Shown one piece after another: positions 43,772 through 55,500 of a stretch of 64,000 bases of DNA. This DNA comes from a phage. The translations under genes and the position numbers were made by a program. The notes under the pieces are model-generated. The model saw nothing but the letters and a program-made list of their open reading frames with translations. It was not told where the DNA came from and did no database searches. Position 1 is the stretch's first letter, and each line of letters begins with the position of its first letter. Where the stretch lies: the sequence record PZ402304.1; one strand, written 5' to 3'.

Positions 43772-46027
43772 TTAAAGCTTACAAGCAGAACAATCTTCAG
43801 CTTTAGGTGTTTCTAATTCATAGTCATCTGTGCCTGACCCATCACGAGTGTTATGATAGTAGAGGTTTTTTCCGCCAAAGTACCAGAAGTAAAGCAGATC
43901 GTCAAGCATTACCGACATTGGCACTTTACCTTTCTCAAATACTGCAGGGTCATAGTAAGTATTAGCAGAAGCAGATTGGCACACCCATTTCAACATGATA
44001 GCAACTTGGGTCAAATAAGGTTTATTACCTTTCTTAGCAAGTTTCCACGCGTAGTCGTAAAGATTCATGTTATGTTCGATATTAGGAACAACCTGTCGGA
44101 AGTTGCCTTCTTTAGATTCTTTAATACTTACTGGACCGCGTGGGGGCTCAATCCCGTTTGTAGAGTTTGATACTTGACTGCTTGACTCACATGGCATGAG
44201 TGCAGACAACGTCGAGTTACGAATTCCATGTTCTTTGAGTTCAGCTCGAAGTTCTTCCCAGTCACAGACGTAGTTCGGGGCTGCGATTTGGTCAATCTTT
44301 TTATTGTACCAGTCGATAGGTAATTCGCCTCTAGACCATTTAGTGTCTGAATAATACTCGCAAGGTCCTTTTTCTTTGGCGAGTTTGATTGAAGCTTTAA
44401 TAAGGCCATATTGCAATCTCTCAAACAATTCATGAGTCAAATCGTTAGCGTCTTCATATGAAGCAAAGTTAGAAGCTAACCATGCAGCATAGTTCGTCAC
44501 ACCGACACCGAGATTTCGACGCTTTTTAGCTTTTAAAGCTTCTGGAACCGGATAATCTTGATAGTCTAACAGGTTATCAAGTGCACGTACTTGTACTTCA
44601 GCAAGTTCATTAATTTTATCTTGGTCTTGCCAATCAAATTTATCTAATACAAAAGCAGATAACGTGCATAAACCAATTTCAGCATCAGGACCATTCACAT
44701 CATTAGTTGGAATAGCGATTTCACAACATAAGTTACTCTGACGAATTGGAGCTTTTTCACGAATAAATGGAGTGTAGTTATTCGTGTTATCAACAAACTG
44801 TGGATAAATTCGAGCAGTACCAGAACGTTCAGTCATGAACAATTCAAAGAGTTCTAGTGCTTTGATTCTTTTCTTTCTGATTGTCGGGTCTTTTTCAGCT
44901 TTCTCATAAAGCTCACGGAATTTATCTTGATCTTCAAAGAACGAGTAGTATAGTTCGCCTGACATTTCGTGAGGGCTAAATAAAGTAATATAATCATTTT
45001 TACCAAGGCGTTCCATCATGAGGTCATTAATCTGAATTCCGTAGTCCATATGTCGAATACGGTTTTCATCCACGCCTTTGTTATTTTTCAGAACTAATAG
45101 GTTCTCTACTTCTAAGTGCCACATCGGATAATACGCTGTAGCAGCACCACCACGAATACCACCTTGAGAACAAGATTTTACTGCAGTTTGGAAATGTTTC
45201 CAGAACGGAATAACACCCGTATGTCGAACTTCGCCCATACCGATCTTAGAACCTTCTGCACGAAGCATACCAACGTTGATACCGATACCAGCTCGTTTAG
45301 AAATATATTCAATAATTGATGCTGAAGTTTTGTTAATAGATTTTAACGAATCACCGGCTTCAATAACTACACAACTAGAGAACTGGCGAGTCGGAGTACG
45401 AGCACCTGCCATAATTGGGGTTGGCAATGAAACTTGATGAGTAGAAACGGCATCATAAAAACGAATAATATGTTTCAAACGGTCATGAGTTTCGTCTTGA
45501 TGTAAGGCCATACCAATAGCCATGATAGCAAACTGTGGAGTTTCATAAATCTTCCCAGTTGTTTTATCTTTAACTAGATATTTTTCTTTAAGCTGCATAG
45601 CACCAGCATAAGTCAGGTCAAAGTCTCGTTCATGTTTAATCTGTGAATCGAGATAAATGATTTCTTCTGCTGAATATTGAGACAACAACTCAGGGTCGTA
45701 TTTACCTTCATTAACACAGTAAGAAATATGGTCGATAAAAGCAGGCGGTTCAAACTGCCCGTATACATCTTTACGAAGTGCAAACATTAATCCTTTAGCG
45801 GCGACATACTGATAATCAGGTTCTTCGACAGAAATCAAGTTAGCTGCAACTTTAATACAAATCTTCTGAATATCTTTGGTGCTCATCCCGTCGACAAGAT
45901 GGGTTTTAATTTCTTCGTACAATTCATATGGGTCAATTTGTGTTCCTTCACATTGCCAAGTTAAAACTTGAATAATTTTCTGTGCATCAAAATTTTGGGA
46001 TACCCCACTGCTCTTAATTACTTGCAT
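43772..46027 (-). CDS. nrdA: ribonucleotide reductase large subunit
   Basis: 751 aa with N-terminal ATP-cone and NrdA catalytic core. Confidence 0.95.
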   Translation of the reverse strand: MQVIKSSGVSQNFDAQKIIQVLTWQCEGTQIDPYELYEEIKTHLVDGMSTKDIQKICIKVAANLISVEEPDYQYVAAKGLMFALRKDVYGQFEPPAFIDHISYCVNEGKYDPELLSQYSAEEIIYLDSQIKHERDFDLTYAGAMQLKEKYLVKDKTTGKIYETPQFAIMAIGMALHQDETHDRLKHIIRFYDAVSTHQVSLPTPIMAGARTPTRQFSSCVVIEAGDSLKSINKTSASIIEYISKRAGIGINVGMLRAEGSKIGMGEVRHTGVIPFWKHFQTAVKSCSQGGIRGGAATAYYPMWHLEVENLLVLKNNKGVDENRIRHMDYGIQINDLMMERLGKNDYITLFSPHEMSGELYYSFFEDQDKFRELYEKAEKDPTIRKKRIKALELFELFMTERSGTARIYPQFVDNTNNYTPFIREKAPIRQSNLCCEIAIPTNDVNGPDAEIGLCTLSAFVLDKFDWQDQDKINELAEVQVRALDNLLDYQDYPVPEALKAKKRRNLGVGVTNYAAWLASNFASYEDANDLTHELFERLQYGLIKASIKLAKEKGPCEYYSDTKWSRGELPIDWYNKKIDQIAAPNYVCDWEELRAELKEHGIRNSTLSALMPCESSSQVSNSTNGIEPPRGPVSIKESKEGNFRQVVPNIEHNMNLYDYAWKLAKKGNKPYLTQVAIMLKWVCQSASANTYYDPAVFEKGKVPMSVMLDDLLYFWYFGGKNLYYHNTRDGSGTDDYELETPKAEDCSACKL

Positions 46028-46114
46028 ATATTCCTCAGTATAGGTTGATAGACATTACTCCAAACGGGATAGTATTTATCCCGTTAATTTATTATACACT
46101 TTTAAACTGAAGCG

Positions 46115-46369
46115 TTAATTATCATCAGCAATAATTTCTTTGTATTCTTTAGGTGTCAAGACTGTGATATCGAAATAAACCAATGGTTCTTTTTCTATAC
46201 CGTAACCACCACAAAATTCACGATATTCATAAATTCGTTCGTGTGAATAGCAAATAAATCGTTCACCTTTAACTGTGATTTCACTATTCGGTGAAGGGAT
46301 ATCCAGTTCACTTGGATTTTTCATTTCAAAAATTGTGGTGCCATATGAATTAATAAAACGTAAAATCAT
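46115..46369 (-). CDS. hypothetical protein (nrdA.1-like position)
   Basis: 84-aa ORF abutting the td stop. Confidence 0.5.
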   Translation of the reverse strand: MILRFINSYGTTIFEMKNPSELDIPSPNSEITVKGERFICYSHERIYEYREFCGGYGIEKEPLVYFDITVLTPKEYKEIIADDN

Positions 46370-47230
46370 TTATACCGCCATTTTAGCTTTGATAGTTGGA
46401 TGAGATTCGTAATTTTTAAGAACGAAATCAGAATGTGTCATCGTTCCAGTAACCCAGTCCATTTGGATTTTTGTAGGCCAATTCTCAAAATTACTAGGCC
46501 AATTAATTTCAAGAGAACATAGCTCTTTAGGTTCACGACGAAGAACTTCTTTGCATTGTTCTACATGATTGCTGTAGATATGCGTGTTGCCGCCTGAGAA
46601 CACTAAATCACCCGGGATAAGGTTACACATCTTCGCTACAATATGAGTCAAGGCAGCGTACGAGGCAATGTTGAACGGCAGGCCCAAGAAAACATCTACA
46701 CTGCGTTGATACCATTGTAAATCAAGATGACCATTACGCACATTAAATTGATAGAACATATGACAAGGAGGAAGAGCCATTTGGTCAATTTCGGCCGGGT
46801 TCCATGCAGAAACTATTTGACGACGATCATTAGGAAGAGCTTTAATACGGTCGATAGTTTTGACCAATTGGTCTACACCGCCGAAATCACGCCATTGCTT
46901 ACCATAAATAGGACCAAGTTCGCCGCTATGATATCCAAGGTCTTTTGCCTGATTTTCATAGTTGTCGTCCCAAATAGTTTTACCTTGAATAAGACTACCA
47001 TGAGTACGAATACGCAAATCATTAACATTGGTAGAACCAGACATGAACCACAGCAACTCAGCAATACAAGCTTTCCATGCTAATTTCTTAGTTGTTACTG
47101 CAGGAAATCCTTTAGTAAGGTCCCATCTCAATTTAGTTCCGAATAGAGCAATAGTGCCGGTACCTGTACGGTCGTCTGTTTCATAGCCATTTTCTAAGAT
47201 ATCTTTAATCAAATCTTGATATTGTTTCAT
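46370..47230 (-). CDS. td: thymidylate synthase, uninterrupted
   Basis: 286 aa continuous ORF; active-site PPCH motif; no intron. Confidence 0.95.
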   Translation of the reverse strand: MKQYQDLIKDILENGYETDDRTGTGTIALFGTKLRWDLTKGFPAVTTKKLAWKACIAELLWFMSGSTNVNDLRIRTHGSLIQGKTIWDDNYENQAKDLGYHSGELGPIYGKQWRDFGGVDQLVKTIDRIKALPNDRRQIVSAWNPAEIDQMALPPCHMFYQFNVRNGHLDLQWYQRSVDVFLGLPFNIASYAALTHIVAKMCNLIPGDLVFSGGNTHIYSNHVEQCKEVLRREPKELCSLEINWPSNFENWPTKIQMDWVTGTMTHSDFVLKNYESHPTIKAKMAV

Positions 47231-47245
47231 TTAACACCTATATAA

Positions 47246-48428
<1,183 letters not shown>

Positions 48429-48489
48429 TTTATTCTCCTTCACTTTTATTTGATAGGGCTACTATAACATAGCCCTATCTTGTTATAAA

Positions 48490-48882
48490 CTACTTTTTAA
48501 AAGTTTTTTGCAAAAGTTTGATGATTTCGTCGACGTTGGTTTCATCTACGATACAATGGATTTTTGTTACACCTAAAGCTATACCTTTGTTAGTAGATTG
48601 AGGCTTTACTAAATCTACCTCAGTAAAGTATTTGAACTCGTCAGGATAAATCTCAAAATAAGTTTCAATTTCACCACCGGCAGAACATACAGTACCGTCT
48701 TCCATAGTTACACTTACTACGTTTGACGTATCGCTATCATAATCAGGTTCCATTCCGTTTACAACAAAACTAGGCCCGTGGAGTTCAATCAATTTTAACA
48801 TCTTAGCGTTATTGTGTGGTGCTTCTTGAACAAAGTCGTCTTTAAACAAAGGGTTAATGATATAAGATTTTCCAATTTCCAT
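48490..48882 (-). CDS. hypothetical protein (frd.2-like)
   Basis: 130 aa from internal ATG with GAGGAAA RBS. Confidence 0.5.
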   Translation of the reverse strand: MEIGKSYIINPLFKDDFVQEAPHNNAKMLKLIELHGPSFVVNGMEPDYDSDTSNVVSVTMEDGTVCSAGGEIETYFEIYPDEFKYFTEVDLVKPQSTNKGIALGVTKIHCIVDETNVDEIIKLLQKTFKK

Positions 48883-48892
48883 TTTGATTTCC

Positions 48893-49144
48893 TCATTTGT
48901 TGATGTGTTGTAATAAAGATTCTGCAAACATCTCATATGATTCCAGGTGTTCTTCTTTAATGCGAACTGCATGATTATCACCCGAAGAATAGAACATCTG
49001 TACGATAAGAGCTTCGTAATCAGACGAAATACATGCTACGTTTTCCGGCTTCAGGCATTCATTGTATGTAGCAACCGGGTCAGTGAAAGCTGCAACGTTT
49101 TTGCTACCGCAGTAATCCATACTTCTTTGAATAATAAAAATCAT
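48893..49144 (-). CDS. hypothetical protein (frd.3-like)
   Basis: 83-aa ORF downstream of an early-type promoter. Confidence 0.5.
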   Translation of the reverse strand: MIFIIQRSMDYCGSKNVAAFTDPVATYNECLKPENVACISSDYEALIVQMFYSSGDNHAVRIKEEHLESYEMFAESLLQHINK

Positions 49145-49174
49145 TTTATTTTCCTCTCATTTGTTGATAAGTCT

Positions 49175-49203
49175 ATAGTATCATGTTTAAATGAAAAGTA
49201 AAC
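49175..49203 (-). promoter_or_regulatory. early-type promoter (GTTTAC ... TGnTACTAT)
   Basis: minus strand GTTTAC-N17-TACTAT. Confidence 0.5.
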
Positions 49204-49234
49204 AACTTTTTCAGCAATTTACAGATACTCAAAA

Positions 49235-49258
49235 GGGAGACCGAAGTCTCCCAATTTA
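49235..49258 (-). terminator. terminator hairpin after gene 32
   Basis: minus strand GGGAGAC-UUCG-GUCUCCC followed by UUUUGAG. Confidence 0.6.
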
Positions 49259-50158
49259 TTATAGACCAGCTAACAGGTCATCGAGGTCGCCATCGTCAGA
49301 AGACGAGGAACTCATGAAGTCATCTTCAGTTTTTGCAGAACTAAAGGCTTCCATGTCTTTATCAAAATCGTCAAGGTCAGAAGCAACTTTATCAGCAACA
49401 GAAGCTGCTGCGGCTGCTGCACCACCAAGAGCGGCAGTACCAAGAACTTGTTTAAATTTAGTATTCAATTCTTCAAACGATTTGAACTTATCTTTAGAAG
49501 TCATTTCAGAAAGGTCAACCATTTGTTCGAACAATTCTTTCTGGAAAGATTCATCATCAATGTTTGGAATCGCAGATTGATTCAGGAATTTAGATTCGTC
49601 GTAATTACTGAAACCAGAAACCTGTTTAACTTTCAGCACAAAGTTAGCACCTTCCCATGGGCAAGTTACATCAACAGGAGTTTCACCCATTTCGGTATCG
49701 ACTGCAATCATTGCATTGATTTTGTCCCAAATCTTTTTACCAAAACGGTATTTGAATACTTTACCTTCATTATCTGGAGCTTGTGGGTCTTTAACAACCA
49801 GGATATTAGCCCAATAAGAAGTTTTACGTTTCAGTTGAGAATATTCTGTTTTGTTTGTATTGTACAGATCATTTTTACTAATGTACTGACATACCGGACA
49901 AGAGTCATAATCGCCGTGTGTAGATGAACAGGTTTCAATATACCATTTGCCGTTTTTCTTGAACCCGTGGTTAACAAGAATTGCAAACGGAAGTGCGTCA
50001 TCTGTTTTTGCCGGCAGGAAACGAATTACCGCTTGACCATTACCGGATGCATCGAGTTTCAGCTTCCATTCACCTTTATCTTCTGAAGAGAAACCTTTGT
50101 TACCATTCAGTTTAGCCATCTGAGCTGCGAGGTCTGCGGTACTTTTACGTTTAAACAT
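49259..50158 (-). CDS. 32: single-stranded DNA-binding protein gp32
   Basis: 299 aa with acidic Ser/Asp-rich C-terminal tail; T4 gp32-like. Confidence 0.95.
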   Translation of the reverse strand: MFKRKSTADLAAQMAKLNGNKGFSSEDKGEWKLKLDASGNGQAVIRFLPAKTDDALPFAILVNHGFKKNGKWYIETCSSTHGDYDSCPVCQYISKNDLYNTNKTEYSQLKRKTSYWANILVVKDPQAPDNEGKVFKYRFGKKIWDKINAMIAVDTEMGETPVDVTCPWEGANFVLKVKQVSGFSNYDESKFLNQSAIPNIDDESFQKELFEQMVDLSEMTSKDKFKSFEELNTKFKQVLGTAALGGAAAAAASVADKVASDLDDFDKDMEAFSSAKTEDDFMSSSSSDDGDLDDLLAGL

Positions 50159-50275
50159 TTTATTTGCCTTTATTTAGATTATTAATTAAATTTTACAGTT
50201 GGTTGCTACGACACTTATACCTCGTAGCTGGTATGTTTTATTTATACGGTAATTCTACCACACAAGAAATAAAGC
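50159..50275 (-). promoter_or_regulatory. gene 32 leader: late promoter plus putative translational operator
   Basis: minus strand TATAAATA (plus 50239..50246), stem GCTACGA/TCGTAGC, then A/U-rich tract before AAAGG RBS. Confidence 0.5.
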
Positions 50276-50929
50276 TTAATACTTACATGATTTGATTGTT
50301 TCTATGAACAATTTCTTAGCAGCATTTCCATCGATTTGAAGTATTTTTCGATACGCCTTTAATTTGGTAGAATAATTTTGCCAGACTAAGTTATCGGTGA
50401 GTTCGTCGTGCTTATCTATAATATTCAAAAATGAGTCCAACAATAAGAAAGTCTCAAATGAAATTATATTGCTTTGTAGCAATTTGAATATGTAGCTCGA
50501 CTGAACGTTGTTATTATAATCAAATATCTCTTGAAGCGCACTAACTTCAACTTTCTTACTGAAATAGTAGATGTTACGTACGTCTTCAGCAAACGTCTCC
50601 TTGGCTTGTTTGAGACGTCCAATATATTCCCTATAGAAAACTAATGCATCAGCGTCTGATATCTCACCAATCCATGCGTCTTGGTTAGCAACTAAGTTGC
50701 TTATGAATATCAAGGTGAGTTCCTTCAATTTATATTTCTCTGCTAGTTTTTCAAAGAAATATTTATCTCGGCGTTTTTGATACGCATTATCCGAAACACG
50801 CATGCACCAGTTATATTTGATTACGTCATACCGACCACCAAAGTGGTTTTTGCACATCAAATATAGTTTGTATACCGATTTTCCGTTAATATAACGTTCT
50901 CCGTCAGGAGGCATGCGTATTTTAATCAT
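50276..50929 (-). CDS. 59: gp59 helicase loader
   Basis: 217 aa, T4 gp59 size. Confidence 0.85.
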   Translation of the reverse strand: MIKIRMPPDGERYINGKSVYKLYLMCKNHFGGRYDVIKYNWCMRVSDNAYQKRRDKYFFEKLAEKYKLKELTLIFISNLVANQDAWIGEISDADALVFYREYIGRLKQAKETFAEDVRNIYYFSKKVEVSALQEIFDYNNNVQSSYIFKLLQSNIISFETFLLLDSFLNIIDKHDELTDNLVWQNYSTKLKAYRKILQIDGNAAKKLFIETIKSCKY

Positions 50930-51264
50930 AATAAGAAATCTAACGTATTAGTTTTTTCACCACGAGCAACTGATGGGCGAAGCATGTTTTCGTCAATTGC
51001 TTCGCTTGTAATTTTTTCAACAATTCCTGTAGGAATAAATTTAGCAAATTGTGTTTCTGGAATAGAATTTTCTTCCAAGAAAGCAGTTGTTGCTTCTAAA
51101 TAAGACATACCAAATTGTTCAACCATGGATTCGATAATGAATCCGTTTTCTTGTCGGTCAAGCAATTTAGCGATATCATCTTTATCGTGTTTTACTGCTA
51201 ATTCTTGTTCAGATAAACCGGCCTCATCAACCGGCTTAATATCACTTAGTGAAAACTGTGTCAT
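50926..51264 (-). CDS. 33: gp33 late transcription co-activator
   Basis: 112 aa, T4 gp33 size. Confidence 0.8.
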   Translation of the reverse strand: MTQFSLSDIKPVDEAGLSEQELAVKHDKDDIAKLLDRQENGFIIESMVEQFGMSYLEATTAFLEENSIPETQFAKFIPTGIVEKITSEAIDENMLRPSVARGEKTNTLDFLL

Positions 51265-51511
51265 AAAGCTCGACTACCTCTTCGTTTTCAGCTTCAAATT
51301 GGTCACGAGCGTCTTTATGATAAAGAGCTAACAAACGATTAAACATTTTTCCATCGACGCCAAGCTCTTCTTTAGCACGAGTACGAATGTCTTTAATCAG
51401 TTCATTATAACCAGAAATTTTAAGTTTGTTATCGGAAGCTTCCTTGACTAGTTTAGCCAGTTCTTCACCATGCACATCTTGATTAAATTCAACTGCTTCT
51501 TTCTTAGCCAT
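51242..51511 (-). CDS. dsbA: DsbA double-stranded DNA-binding protein
   Basis: 89 aa from second ATG with GAGGTAAAC RBS, matching T4 DsbA length. Confidence 0.75.
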   Translation of the reverse strand: MAKKEAVEFNQDVHGEELAKLVKEASDNKLKISGYNELIKDIRTRAKEELGVDGKMFNRLLALYHKDARDQFEAENEEVVELYDTVFTK

Positions 51512-51518
51512 GTTTACC

Positions 51519-52436
51519 TCAGAATTCATTAATTACACTTGTTAATTTAGAAAGACCAGATTTTACAAAGTATGAATAAATCTTGCCTTTAGGTTGTTGT
51601 TTATATGAGTTATAATACTCTATAATGGTTGAAGCAATATTATCAGGGATATAATCAAAATCAATGAGAACCAAATTTTCTTGGTACCGTTTATATTCTT
51701 CTGCACTTAATAATACTTCAGCTTGAGAACGGTCGTTGGCAATTGCTTCAATGATCGTTGTTTTCATGCTCGGAGTTCGTTCGCCTTCAACTCGAGTAAA
51801 CCAGAAATCACCACGAACTCGAACAGACGCAACACCATCTTTACGGTCACCTTTAAGAATTTTAGTCATGCAATCAATTTCGGCAGAACCGTTCTTAATT
51901 TTAACCCATTTTTTCTGTGGTGGCGACCACTGTTTAACGTTAGGATATTTGTGTAATTGTGTAAAGTCACCATCTGATGCAACAATACATACCTTATGTC
52001 CAGCTAATGACAAATATTTAGTTAATACACCGATATGGTCATCCGCTTCATACTTGTCAATATCCATTACAACGTATGGCATGTATTTCTTAATCTCATC
52101 AACAACTTGACGGAGCGCAGTAAAATATCCTTCCCAATCCCACTTTGAAGCTTCACGATCGGTTTTACGATTTTTCTTGTAATAGTAAGCAAAGTCACGA
52201 CGCCAATAACCTGAAGTAGCATTATCCATACACAATACAAATTTTGTATAGCCTTGCTTACGGAACATCACTACGTTTTTACGAATTGAATTCAAGATTA
52301 CATGGCGAACCATTGGAACGGTAATTTTATCACCATCTTCAAAGTTGTTTAATGCAGCTGCCAATGCAATGTTACTAAAGTCTGCAAGCGCAATACCTTC
52401 TTTGTAATCTTCATCCAACATCATTTCTAAATCCAT
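51519..52436 (-). CDS. rnh: RNase H (5-prime to 3-prime exonuclease, FEN family)
   Basis: 305 aa, T4 RNase H size. Confidence 0.9.
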   Translation of the reverse strand: MDLEMMLDEDYKEGIALADFSNIALAAALNNFEDGDKITVPMVRHVILNSIRKNVVMFRKQGYTKFVLCMDNATSGYWRRDFAYYYKKNRKTDREASKWDWEGYFTALRQVVDEIKKYMPYVVMDIDKYEADDHIGVLTKYLSLAGHKVCIVASDGDFTQLHKYPNVKQWSPPQKKWVKIKNGSAEIDCMTKILKGDRKDGVASVRVRGDFWFTRVEGERTPSMKTTIIEAIANDRSQAEVLLSAEEYKRYQENLVLIDFDYIPDNIASTIIEYYNSYKQQPKGKIYSYFVKSGLSKLTSVINEF

Positions 52437-52469
52437 ATGAACCTCTTGTTCAGTTAGTCAACTTAGACC

Positions 52470-52499
52470 ATAGTAACATACTAGTTCGAAAGCGTAAAT
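52470..52499 (-). promoter_or_regulatory. early-type promoter upstream of rnh
   Basis: minus strand ATTTAC-N18-TACTAT. Confidence 0.45.
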
Positions 52500-52514
52500 A
52501 GTCTTTTACTCATT

Positions 52515-52522
52515 TATAAATA
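52515..52522 (+). promoter_or_regulatory. late promoter TATAAATA upstream of gene 34
   Basis: exact TATAAATA about 35 nt upstream of ATG with AAGAGG RBS. Confidence 0.55.
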
Positions 52523-52556
52523 GTAAAATAGAACACATAATGATAAGAGGACTACC

Positions 52557-55500
52557 ATGGTTGACATCAAACGTAAGTTCAGGGCCGAAGATGGTCTTGA
52601 CGCAGGCGGTGATAAGATAGTTAACGTTGCGCTTGCTGACCGCACAGTTGGCACCGATGGCGTGAACGTTGACTTTTTGGTGCAAGAAAACACCGTACAG
52701 AATTATGACGAGACGCGCGCGTATACAAAAGATTTTATTGTTCTTTATGATAATCGTTTTTATCAAGCTTTAAGCGATATTCCAGCTCCGGCAGGCCCTT
52801 TCTCTTTGGCTAAATGGAAGGCAACTCGTACAGATGCAGAATGGATTACAGTTCAAGGCGGAGATTTCCAATTATCAGTAGGTAACTCTATTGCGGTTGA
52901 TACTTCAGCTGGCACTGATATTAATTTCACTTTGCCTCAAAATCCTTTAGATGGCGATACAGTTATTTTGTCTGATATTGGCGGTAGAGTAGGCTATGTA
53001 AAAGTTCAAATTACTGCAGCGGCTCAAAGTATTGTAAACTTTAGAGGACAACAGGTTCGTTCAGTTTTAATGACGCACCCAAAATCTAAAATGGTCTTCA
53101 TTTTTAGCAACCGCCTATGGCAAATGTATGTTTCTGATTACGAACGTAATGCAGTCACAGTAACTCCTGCTAAGCCATATCAAGCACAACCTAACGATTT
53201 TATCATTCGACATTTTACATCAGCCGCTCCTATTAATATTACATTGCCTCGTAATGCTAATAATGGCGATATTATTAATTTAGTGGATTTAGACAAATTA
53301 AACCCATTATATCACACAATTGTCAAAACTTACGATGATACAACTTCTATACGAGAAGCTGGTGTTCATGTAGCAGAAGGACGTAATACTGCGGAAGCAT
53401 TCTTTGTTTATGATTCTGCCAATAGTTTATGGCGTGTTTGGGAAGGTGACCAGAAATCTCGTTTACGTATAGTTCGTAATGATACTGATTTACGCCCTAA
53501 TGAAGAAGTTCTTGTTTTTGGAACTGATAATAATACAATCTCGACGGTAAATCTTACTTTGCCTACAGATATTTTGTCTGGCGATACTGTTAAAATATCG
53601 TTGAATTATATGCGTAAAGGGCAAACTGTAAAAATTAAAGCTGCTGAAGGCGATACAATTGCTAGCAGTATTTCTTTATTACAGTTCCCAAAACGTTCTG
53701 AGTATCCACCTGATGCACAATGGGTTTCTGTTAGTGAGCTGGAATTTAATGGTGATACTTCGTATGTACCTGTACTTGAGTTATCTTATATAGAAGATTA
53801 TTCATCTGAAACAAAATATTGGGTAGTTCAACAAAACACCGTAACCGTCGAACGAGTCGATGCATCTAGCAATAACACTCGAGCTCGTTTAGGTGTTATT
53901 GCTCTTGCTTCTCAAGAGCAAGCAAATGTCGATTTAGAAAATGCTCCTGGTAAAGAACTGGCTATTACTCCTGAAACATTAGCAAATCGTACAGCAACTG
54001 AAACTCGTCGTGGTATTGCTCGTATTGCAACAACTGCACAAGTTAACCAGAATACCGATTTTGCATTCCAAGACGACTTGATTATTTCTCCTAAGAAATT
54101 GAACGAACGTACAGCAACTGAAACCCGTAGAGGTGTTGCTGAAGTTGCAACTCAGGCTGAAACTAATGCTGGAACAGATGACACCACTATTATTACTCCT
54201 AAGAAATTGGATGCCCGTCAAGGTTCTGAAGTTTTATCCGGTATTGTAAAATACACATCTACGACTGGTACTACAGCTGCTACTATTCGCGGTAATGCTG
54301 GGACTAACGTTTATAACAAAGCCGTAGATAATTTAACTATTTCTCCAAAGGCTCTTGACCAGTATAAAGCTACCCCTACTCAGCAGGGTGCAGTAATTCT
54401 TGCTATTGAAAGTGAAGTTATCGCTGGCGAATCACAAGCCGGTTGGGCTAATGCTGTAGTGACCCCTGAAACTCTGCATAAGAAAACTTCTACTGATGGA
54501 CGTATTGGTTTAATTGAAATTGCTACGCAAGCAGAAACTAACACTGGAACTGATTATACTAGAGCAGTAACGCCTAAGACGTTAAATGATAGGAAAGCTA
54601 CGGAAGGATTATCTGGCATAGCCGAAATTGCTACGCAAGTTGAATTTGATACTGGAACTGACGATACTCGTATCTCGTCTCCACTGAAAATTAAAACTCA
54701 TTTTGATTCTTCTGACCGTACCAGTGTTAATTCTGATTCCGGACTTATTGAAGAAGGAACCTTGTGGAACCATTATACTCTTGATATTTCTAAAGCAAAT
54801 GAAACACAACGCGGTACACTTCGCGTAGCGACCCAGGCAGAATCTAATGCAGGAACTTTAGATGATGTTCTTATTACTCCTAAAAAGCTTTTAGGGACTA
54901 AGTCCACTGAAACGTCTGAAGGCGTGATTAAGGTTGCTACTCAGGCTGAAACTGTAACAGGAACTTCTGCTAATACTGCTGTATCACCTAAGAATTTAAA
55001 ATGGATTGTTCAATCAGAACCATCATGGACTGCTACTACGGCAATTCGTGGATTCGTTAAAACTTCATCTGGTTCTATTACATTTGTCGGTGACGATACT
55101 CAAGGTAATACCCAGGATTTGAATCTTTATGAGAAAAATAGTTATGCTATTTCTCCATATGAATTAAACCGTGTACTTGCTAACTACTTACCGTTGAAAG
55201 CTAAAGCAGCTGATAGTAATTTGTTAGATGGTCTAGATTCTCTTCAGTTCATCCGTAGAGACATCGACCAGACGGTTAATGGTTCTTTAAGTTTTACTAA
55301 ACAGACCAACCTGAGTGCTCCTTTAGTATCTACAAGCACTGCTTCTTTTGGTTCCGAAGCATCTGTTACTCGTAGATTAACTCTTAATGACTCTAGCGGT
55401 TCCGAAATAATTTTCACTAAAGGAACCCAATCTCTTAGTAATAAAGAGAATTTCGTTGTTAGAGCATGGGGTAATAGCGCTACAGATGGTGCCCGTGATA

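Noticed and set aside
42539-47230. Search for group I introns or inteins in nrdB, nrdA and td
   Set aside because: All three are continuous ORFs of canonical length; no intron-like structured insert or intein motif seen.
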